The notes beneath the pieces are model-generated. The model saw only the letters and a list, made by a program, of their open reading frames with translations. It searched no databases and had not been told where the DNA came from. DNA of 64,000 nt, taken from the NCBI GenBank assembly GCA_001029735.1, contig CP011213.1:591929-655928 (forward strand). The letters are read 5' to 3'. Position 1 is the stretch's first letter. Each line of letters begins with the position of its first letter. The translations under genes were made by a program, and so were the position numbers. This DNA is from Berkelbacteria bacterium GW2011_GWE1_39_12 (GTDB lineage: Bacteria > Patescibacteriota > UBA1384 > UBA12157). Below, one piece after another: positions 58,440-64,000 of the stretch.

Positions 58440-59039
58440 ATGTTTAACAAAAAACATATATTTGAAAAAATAATTTATTTGATAGTTCTATTGGGGTCAT
58501 TTTCTAGTTTTTTGTTTTTTGAAGAAAATGTAACTCTAAAAATCTTGGCAATTATTTTGGTTCTGATTGGTGTATTGCTTACATTTAAAGAAAGGCCAAG
58601 CGGTACAAGCTCTCGTTTTGAGTTAATAAATCTCACCATTTTATATTTAGGTTTTTTTTCTATTTATAACTTACTATACGGCGTAAATCTGCCTCTCTAT
58701 ATAGCGATGATTTTGGTCATTGTTCTCATTGGCCTTGTTTTCTACCCAAGCTTAGTCATCGATGAGATCGGAAAATCGTTGTCAAAAGAAATTATTAATG
58801 TCTATGTAGTTTTAACCGGTTTTGCGATAATTGAGCTATTTTTAAGTTTGTACTTCTGGCCAATTGATCCAGGCGTAAAGAGTTTGGTGTTGGTTGTTGC
58901 ATATTATCAAATTTCGAGCCTTGTTTACTTCTCCTCTCGGTCTATGTTACGATTAAACAAGATAGGGGGCTATCTATTAGTGAATTTTCTTATTTTGGTG
59001 ATTGTTTTTGTAACAGTTTGGTTAAAGACTTCAAGATAA
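58440..59039 (+). CDS. hypothetical polytopic membrane protein
   Basis: About 6 TM helices. No motif recognised. Confidence 0.4.
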   Translation: MFNKKHIFEKIIYLIVLLGSFSSFLFFEENVTLKILAIILVLIGVLLTFKERPSGTSSRFELINLTILYLGFFSIYNLLYGVNLPLYIAMILVIVLIGLVFYPSLVIDEIGKSLSKEIINVYVVLTGFAIIELFLSLYFWPIDPGVKSLVLVVAYYQISSLVYFSSRSMLRLNKIGGYLLVNFLILVIVFVTVWLKTSR

Positions 59040-59059
59040 ATTAACATAAGAAGGGCAAA

Positions 59060-60016
59060 ATGATTGTACTAAAATTTTTCAAACGGATCGGCCATGCTAT
59101 TCATAGGTTTATTAGACATTTACTTCCTCGTCTTAAGCCTCGTTTAAAAGTGGGCTGGATTGTCTCGGCCATCATATGGTTATTGGTTATTGTTTATCTA
59201 GTTTTTGGGATTCTAACCGCAGTCTGGGTTTATGCGGGAAAATCAGAATCAGGCTTAGTAAAAACAACTGTTAAATATTATCCTCTACCTGTTGCAACGA
59301 TAAATGGTCATTTTGTTTGGGCAAAAGATTATTATTGTCAGCTAGACTACATTAGACAGTTTTCCGTAAAGACAAAGCAACCTATCCCAAACGAGACTGC
59401 TTTAAGACAGCAAATTGTTGATCAACTAGTTGAAAATAAGACATTGGAGCTTCAGGCTACGCGCTACCACGTAAGAGTAAGTAGCAAAGATGTAAATGAT
59501 GCTTATCAGAAAATTGTTGATCAAGCCGGTGGTGTTTCAGAAGTTAAGAAAGTCCTAAGTGAGCTATATGGGATGAGTGAAAAGGACTTCAAGGAACTTG
59601 TAAGACAGCAAGTTCTAAAAGAGAAAATCCAAAATGAAGTTATTGCTCAAGTTCAGGTTTCCCATATTTTAATCAAAGATGAAGCTAGAGCAAATGATGT
59701 CGCAAATCAAGCCAAAAACAATGGTGATTTTGCTGCTTTGGCTAAGCAATATTCAGAAGATTCAAAGAGTAAAGATAACGGCGGCGAGCTTGGTTATTTG
59801 GCAAAAGGACAGCTTGTTGTTAATGATACGCCGATTCCCGAGTTTGATAACGCTGCTTTTTCCGCCAAAAAGGGTGATATTGTTGGTCCTGTAAAGACTT
59901 CGATTGGTTTTGAAATTATCAAGATCGAAGACAAAAAAGGTCAAATCTCAGACAGCTTTGATGCTTGGTTATCTGGAGTGAAAAAGACTTCAAAGATCTG
60001 GCGATTCATTAAATAA
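59060..60016 (+). CDS. parvulin-type peptidyl-prolyl cis-trans isomerase (PrsA/SurA-like), membrane-anchored
   Basis: N-terminal TM helix, a chaperone domain, and PpiC motifs 'VSHILIK...GGELGYLAKGQL...GPVKTSIGFEIIKIE'. Confidence 0.75.
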   Translation: MIVLKFFKRIGHAIHRFIRHLLPRLKPRLKVGWIVSAIIWLLVIVYLVFGILTAVWVYAGKSESGLVKTTVKYYPLPVATINGHFVWAKDYYCQLDYIRQFSVKTKQPIPNETALRQQIVDQLVENKTLELQATRYHVRVSSKDVNDAYQKIVDQAGGVSEVKKVLSELYGMSEKDFKELVRQQVLKEKIQNEVIAQVQVSHILIKDEARANDVANQAKNNGDFAALAKQYSEDSKSKDNGGELGYLAKGQLVVNDTPIPEFDNAAFSAKKGDIVGPVKTSIGFEIIKIEDKKGQISDSFDAWLSGVKKTSKIWRFIK

Positions 60017-60030
60017 TAAATATACAAAAA

Positions 60031-60052
60031 AGGCCCGAAAGGGTCTTTTTTG
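60031..60052 (+). terminator. intrinsic terminator, possibly bidirectional
   Basis: AGGCCC-GAAA-GGGTCT hairpin flanked by an A-tract upstream and TTTTTT downstream. It lies between convergent genes. Confidence 0.6.
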
Positions 60053-60112
60053 ATGTGACTCATACGTTATCAGTCTAATGTTTGATTAAATGTCTTGTAT
60101 ACCCTAATGCAA

Positions 60113-60733
60113 CTAATTTTTCGTAAGCATCCCAGACCTTATTAGGGATTTCCTGGTAATTTGAAAACCTTTATTTGGATACTCTTTTATTCTTTGTAAA
60201 TCACCAACCATAATATTTATCGTCTGTTCTTTAGGAATTTTTGATTTTATCATATAATCTTCATAAGTTACCGGTGAAGATGTTACGATAAATTCTTTTT
60301 CAGGCCATTGTTTTTTAAATGTTGCGTAAGCTCTTCGTTCCATATATGGCTTTTGTACTAAAATGAATGAGCTTATATCCAATTGTCTTTCAGCCAAAAG
60401 CTTTTTAACAAAATTAATATTCTCGCTAGTATTGGATGCATTTGTTTCAAGAATTATTTTTTCTTTAGGAACACCTTTTTCTATGGCAATTTCAGATAGA
60501 ACTTCAGCTTCTGATTTGTTCCAACCTGTACTTAACAGATCATTATTATGGGCCATACCTCCAGAAAATATCATCAACGGAGCATATCCTTTCAAAAATA
60601 ATTCTGCAGCATATTCACCCACAGTTTTGTCGATGCTACCCAGTACAAAAATAGCACCAGCTTTTACTAGTGGTTGATTTAAATGATGATATTCCCAAAT
60701 AATCTTTCCTAACCTATCTATTTTTTCATGCAT
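60113..60733 (-). CDS. DUF218 / YdcF (ElyC/SanA-like) family protein
   Basis: 'AIFVLGSIDKTVGEYAAELFLKGYAPLMIFSGG' and '...ETNASNTSENINFVKKLL' fit the YdcF-family pattern. Confidence 0.6.
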   Translation of the reverse strand: MHEKIDRLGKIIWEYHHLNQPLVKAGAIFVLGSIDKTVGEYAAELFLKGYAPLMIFSGGMAHNNDLLSTGWNKSEAEVLSEIAIEKGVPKEKIILETNASNTSENINFVKKLLAERQLDISSFILVQKPYMERRAYATFKKQWPEKEFIVTSSPVTYEDYMIKSKIPKEQTINIMVGDLQRIKEYPNKGFQITRKSLIRSGMLTKN

Positions 60734-60792
60734 ACTGTGATTATATCAAAAAATAACCTCAAGTGTTATCTTCTTTGTTGGCGGTCATATGC

Positions 60793-60892
60793 CTAAGGGC
60801 GACCGGATTATATCGGAAAAGCAGAGGCGGTATTGGCCGAAGGACACAAAATACGAAAAAACACTCCTGAGTATTGAATTTCCAAGTGGCGG
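60793..60892 (+). repeat. direct repeat copy 1 (about 100 bp, about 88% identical to 61980-62082), ends with TGGCGG
   Basis: CTAAGGGCGACCGGATTATATCGGAAAAGCAGAGGCGGTATTGGCCGAAGG...GAATTTCCAAGTGGCGG aligns with the copy next to tRNA-Asp. Confidence 0.8.
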
Positions 60893-60973
60893 CTAATTGT
60901 AAATGATGTTTGAATTATTATGAGGAGAAATAATCATTCCCAAATTAGTTCCTACGGGAAATTATGTGACCGA

Positions 60974-61831
60974 TTAGGGCTGAATTAAAACCAGAGTTCT
61001 TTCTTTTCCATATTTTTCATAATCACCTTGAGCCATTTTCCCGTCTAATTCAAGGAGCTTTTCTCTGTTGGTTGAAACCAGTGAGTTTCTAAAATGAAGG
61101 TCTCCCAAAGCTTGGGCAAAGCCGTCACTATAAAAGAGTATGAAATCACTCGGATCTAAATTTTTAAAACCAGATTTAATAAATGGTTCAGCATTTTTTT
61201 CACCAGTTAAAGCTCCATAAGAAACAAGCTTACCATCAATAACTTTATTAGGATTGTTTCGATATTGTCTACGAATTTCCTTGCGTCTTTTAGGGTCAGA
61301 CCATTTCTCTTTGTGACTTTGTGTATAATGCAGAAAGTCTTCCAATCCATTAGGAGATTCAAATTTAATTTTACCAGTTTTATCTATAATCATTACTTGG
61401 CAATCACCAATCGATGCCCAGAATAATTTACCATCATAAATAAGTCCGCCCGAGGCCACGCAGGCGTAAAAATCATTTACCAAATAGTCGGGGTTAGGGT
61501 TATATTTTTTATTAAGTTCTGCAATTTTTTCATTAGCTGAACTGAAAGCACTTTTAACCGTGTTTTTATCTATAACTTTATTGTTTGTAAAGTCTAAAAA
61601 GCTTTTACAAAAGCAATCAGCTGCCATTTTAGCGGGGCTTGGGCTTGGATAATTTTTTAATAGTTGAATTATTGGTAAATCATTAAAATCACTTGGGCTT
61701 TTAGGATCCCGTGTAATTCCATCGGCAATACAAAAAATATTATCTCTTGTTCCGTAAGAATCTTCTTGTGGCTTTAGATTGCCGTACTTAACGTCATGTA
61801 AATATAATATTTCAATTTGTGGATTATTCAT
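60974..61831 (-). CDS. PP2C/SpoIIE-like serine phosphatase family protein (tentative)
   Basis: 'NIFCIADGITRD' and 'ILFYSDGFAQALGD' resemble PPM motifs. It sits between the two direct repeats. Confidence 0.4.
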   Translation of the reverse strand: MNNPQIEILYLHDVKYGNLKPQEDSYGTRDNIFCIADGITRDPKSPSDFNDLPIIQLLKNYPSPSPAKMAADCFCKSFLDFTNNKVIDKNTVKSAFSSANEKIAELNKKYNPNPDYLVNDFYACVASGGLIYDGKLFWASIGDCQVMIIDKTGKIKFESPNGLEDFLHYTQSHKEKWSDPKRRKEIRRQYRNNPNKVIDGKLVSYGALTGEKNAEPFIKSGFKNLDPSDFILFYSDGFAQALGDLHFRNSLVSTNREKLLELDGKMAQGDYEKYGKERTLVLIQP

Positions 61832-61979
61832 TGTATTTATTATATCATATAAGTTTTTTATTAATTTTAAGCATCTTAGGCCTAAAAAAGCCTAAATATT
61901 AAGTATAAAATTACTATCTCAAGCTTGTTTTTTTTGTGTTTAAAACCAACAAAAAATTGGGGACTATGGCGTCTACATA

Positions 61980-62082
61980 CTAAAGGCGACCGGATTCATT
62001 TCGGAAAAGCAGAGGCGGTATTGGCCGAAGGCCACCAAATACGAAAAAACACTACCTTAAGTAGTGAATTTCCAAATGGCGG
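61980..62082 (+). repeat. direct repeat copy 2, overlapping the last 6 nt of tRNA-Asp
   Basis: CTAAAGGCGACCGGATTCATTTCGGAAAAGCAGAGGCGGTATTGGCCGAAGG...GAATTTCCAAATGGCGG. Confidence 0.8.
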
Positions 62083-62154
62083 GCTCGACCGGATTCGAAC
62101 CGGCGATCTCCTCCGTGACAGGGAGGCGCTTTGAACCGGCTAAGCTACGAGCCC
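62077..62154 (-). tRNA. tRNA-Asp (anticodon GTC), CCA encoded
   Basis: Reverse complement reads GGGCTCG-TA-GCTT..AAGC-G-CCTCC-CTGTCAC-GGAGG-AGATC-GCCGGTTCGAATCCGGT-CGAGCCC-G-CCA. Confidence 0.8.
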
Positions 62155-62185
62155 GTACACAAATACAATCTATTCAATTTTACTT

Positions 62186-62272
62186 CGGGCTCTTGTTCTT
62201 TGCTGGTTCAAAGCAAGCTTTGAAACCGGTAGATCCTTCGGAATTCGTCAAAACCGAAAAAGCTACGAGCCC
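62186..62272 (-). pseudogene. degenerate tRNA-Asp-like copy adjacent to, and upstream in tRNA sense of, the intact tRNA-Asp
   Basis: It shares CGGGCTC, CTTTGAA(A)CCGG and AAGCTACGAGCCC with the tRNA, but the middle is replaced and expanded. Confidence 0.5.
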
Positions 62273-62373
62273 ATAATTTTCTCAGTTCAAGATAGATCAT
62301 ATCACAAAAAGACTATTATTTCAACTCTTATTCTTCCATTTTAAGGTTAAATTTGCTACAATCATGATATAAA

Positions 62374-62453
62374 GCGGGTATGGTTTAGTTCAGAACGTGA
62401 CCTTCCCAAATTTTGCGCAGGTATAGTTTAGTGGCAAAATGCGTCCTTCCCGG
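62374..62453 (+). pseudogene. two tandem degenerate 5' halves of tRNA-Gly(CCC) (acceptor-D arm-anticodon loop TTCCCAA/TTCCCGG)
   Basis: GCGGGTATGGTTTAGTTCAGAACGTGACCTTCCCAAA and GCGCAGGTATAGTTTAGTGGCAAAATGCGTCCTTCCCGGA. Compare the tRNA 5' half GCGGGATTAGTATAGTGGTAATATGTATCCTTCCCAAGG. Confidence 0.6.
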
Positions 62454-62463
62454 ATTTATTGGA

Positions 62464-62537
62464 GCGGGATTAGTATAGTGGTAATATGTATCCTTCCCAA
62501 GGATAAGATGCCAGTTCGATTCTGGTATCCCGCTCCA
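62464..62537 (+). tRNA. tRNA-Gly (anticodon CCC), CCA encoded
   Basis: Acceptor GCGGGAT pairs with ATCCCGC; anticodon stem TATCC/GGATA with loop TTCCCAA; T-arm GCCAGTTCGATTCTGGT. Confidence 0.8.
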
Positions 62538-62588
62538 ATAAATCTGCATGTAGGATGGTATGGCTTACCTGCTCCAGTAAAAATTTTC

Positions 62589-62663
62589 GCCCGGATAGCT
62601 CAGTGGTAGAGCAGTTCCTTCGTAAGGAAAAGGTCGGAGGTTCAAATCCTCTTCCGGGCTCCA
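62589..62663 (+). tRNA. tRNA-Thr (anticodon CGT), CCA encoded
   Basis: Acceptor GCCCGGA pairs with TCCGGGC; D-arm GCTCAGTGGTAGAGC; anticodon loop TTCGTAA; T-arm GGAGGTTCAAATCCTCT. Confidence 0.8.
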
Positions 62664-62681
62664 GCGAAAATTTAAAAGAAG

Positions 62682-62715
62682 AGGTCGGCAGTTCAAATCT
62701 GCCCATCGGCTCCCA
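62682..62715 (+). pseudogene. degenerate copy of the tRNA-Thr 3' portion (variable region, T-arm, acceptor)
   Basis: AGGTCGGCAGTTCAAATCTGCCCATCGGCTCCCA matches AGGTCGGAGGTTCAAATCCTCTTCCGGGCTCCA at the tRNA 3' end. Confidence 0.55.
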
Positions 62716-62780
62716 AACAATAAAAGAAAGTTAGGTTCCGTCTTTAGGCATTCATTCGACTCTCGGAAGCTCCGTAAATT

Positions 62781-63107
62781 ATGAAAATATTAAATTATTT
62801 TTTAAGACAAATTAAATATTTCTTTTTTAACCCATTTTGGTTAAATTGGTTTGTGTTGTTAGAGTTTGTTTTGATCCTTCTTTTGAATTTCATTATTTGG
62901 TATCTCTACTTAGATAAATACAAAGATTTTCTTAATTTAACACCGATTGTTTTTTCATCAGCTGTGGCAATAATTAATCTTTTTATGGCTGTTATTATTT
63001 ATCCGAAAGAAAAAAATATTAGCATCATACTTCTTACCATCGGTTTGATGGTTCAATTTTTGATTTTATTTTTTATTAAAATGACAGTGATTTCCGGATC
63101 TTTTTAA
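62781..63107 (+). CDS. small hypothetical membrane protein (3 TM helices)
   Basis: Hydrophobic 108-aa ORF upstream of the GT2 gene. Confidence 0.35.
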   Translation: MKILNYFLRQIKYFFFNPFWLNWFVLLEFVLILLLNFIIWYLYLDKYKDFLNLTPIVFSSAVAIINLFMAVIIYPKEKNISIILLTIGLMVQFLILFFIKMTVISGSF

Positions 63108-63115
63108 GGAGAAAA

Positions 63116-64000
63116 TTGAAAAAAACTAAAATTATTCGTTTTCTTGAAATTGTTCCTGGAGCTATTATTTGGATTGCATTTATTTTGCCAGTTTTCTTAT
63201 CTTTCATCATTCCGGCCGCTGTGGCGACTTACGTTATTATTTTTGATCTCTATTGGCTCTACAAATCAATTGTAATGGGCTACCATCTTATTACTGGGTA
63301 TAGATTAATGAAACATGATATAAAAATTGATTGGATCGAAAAATGTCGAAATCTTGAGTCTGATCCGATCAATTTAAAATGGACCGGTATTTATCATGCA
63401 GTCATGTTTGCTGTTTCCAAAGAAAACGTGGAAACCGTTTTGTCTTCCGTTGAAGCCTTGGCCCGATCAGATTATCCACTTAAGAAAATTATTTTAGTAT
63501 TAGCGACTGAAGCGCGTTATCCGGTTCAGGGTCAAGAAGTTGTTGACCAGGTGACAAAAAAATTCGATGGCAAATTTTTCAAAATTATTTCTTCGTCACA
63601 TCCAGATATCGTTGGTGAAGTAAAAGCTAAGGGAGCTAACGCGCGTTGGGCAGCTAAGCAGCTTCAAAAATATATAGAGCTAGAAAAAATTCTTTTTGAA
63701 GATGTTATCGTTACTACCGCAGATTGTGATACTCGTTTTCATCCAAAGTATCTTGCTTCTTTAACTTACAAATACATCACCGACCCAAATCGTGATCATA
63801 GAAGTTTTCAGCCAATCCCATTGTATTCAAATAATATTTGGTATGCCCCAGCAATTTCTCGGGTAATCGCTTTTGGCAATTCGTTTTGGCAACTGATTGA
63901 GGTAACCAGGCCATGGCGATTAATGAATTTTTCCACTCATGCGATGAGTTTGAAAATGCTAGTCGAAATTGATTTTTGGGACGTTTCAGTTGTTAATGAA
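63116..64000 (+). CDS. family-2 glycosyltransferase (cellulose-synthase/PNAG-synthase-like), membrane-anchored; 3' end outside the window
   Basis: TTG start with an AAGGAG RBS. The frame is open to the window end. Two N-terminal TM helices, then a GT-A fold with 'VTTADCDTRFHPKYL' (DxD region). Confidence 0.55.
   Translation, partial: MKKTKIIRFLEIVPGAIIWIAFILPVFLSFIIPAAVATYVIIFDLYWLYKSIVMGYHLITGYRLMKHDIKIDWIEKCRNLESDPINLKWTGIYHAVMFAVSKENVETVLSSVEALARSDYPLKKIILVLATEARYPVQGQEVVDQVTKKFDGKFFKIISSSHPDIVGEVKAKGANARWAAKQLQKYIELEKILFEDVIVTTADCDTRFHPKYLASLTYKYITDPNRDHRSFQPIPLYSNNIWYAPAISRVIAFGNSFWQLIEVTRPWRLMNFSTHAMSLKMLVEIDFWDVSVVNE

Noticed and set aside
61925-62276. Two plus-strand ORFs (69 and 70 aa) over direct-repeat copy 2, tRNA-Asp and the degenerate tRNA-Asp copy
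   Set aside because: These are artefactual ORFs generated by GC-rich tRNA and repeat sequence ('GFEPAISSVTGRRFEP' is the antisense reading of a tRNA).
62470-62706. Minus-strand ORF (78 aa) across tRNA-Gly(CCC) and tRNA-Thr
   Set aside because: It is the antisense reading of two tRNA genes ('GFEPPT', 'RIELAS' are T-arm signatures).

Overview
This 64 kb window is an AT-rich, gene-dense bacterial chromosomal segment with almost every gene on the + strand. The content looks like a small-genome monoderm-type bacterium, possibly Patescibacteria/CPR-like (inference from class I LysRS, short AlaRS, lamin-tail-domain protein, PcsB/FtsEX, LCP and MreBCD-PBP2 together). Housekeeping genes recognised: glycogen synthase-like GT (5' partial), recG, comEA, P-type ATPase, miaA, comM/yifB, secG, rpsA, nrnA, alaS, ftsA-like, ruvX, mltG, mreBCD, PBP2, greA, class I lysS, serS, hpf, secA, ddl, polX, ftsEX plus a PcsB-like CHAP hydrolase, tsaE/tsaB, an LCP protein, a parvulin PPIase, and a GT2 glycosyltransferase running off the 3' end. 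Eleven tRNA genes were found by hand-folding: Leu-TAG, Gly-GCC, Cys-GCA, Leu-CAG, Leu-GAG, Val-TAC, Phe-GAA, Leu-TAA, Asp-GTC on the - strand, Gly-CCC and Thr-CGT. Two observations stand out. First, a roughly 4.7 kb GC-rich block (by eye about 50-55% GC against about 33-38% elsewhere) sits immediately downstream of tRNA-Leu(CAG). It encodes purH, purB and a PAICS-like purC-purE fusion, with purF next to it in host-like composition; this looks like a horizontally acquired purine de novo biosynthesis module. Second, six of the eleven tRNA genes are accompanied by degenerate partial copies of themselves: 5' halves or 5'-end hairpins upstream of both tRNA-Gly genes and tRNA-Asp, and 3'-end fragments downstream of Leu-TAG, Phe and Thr. 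In addition, a 1.2 kb cassette carrying a PP2C-like gene is flanked by ~100 bp direct repeats that include the last 6 nt of tRNA-Asp. No CRISPR array, integrase or transposase was recognised.
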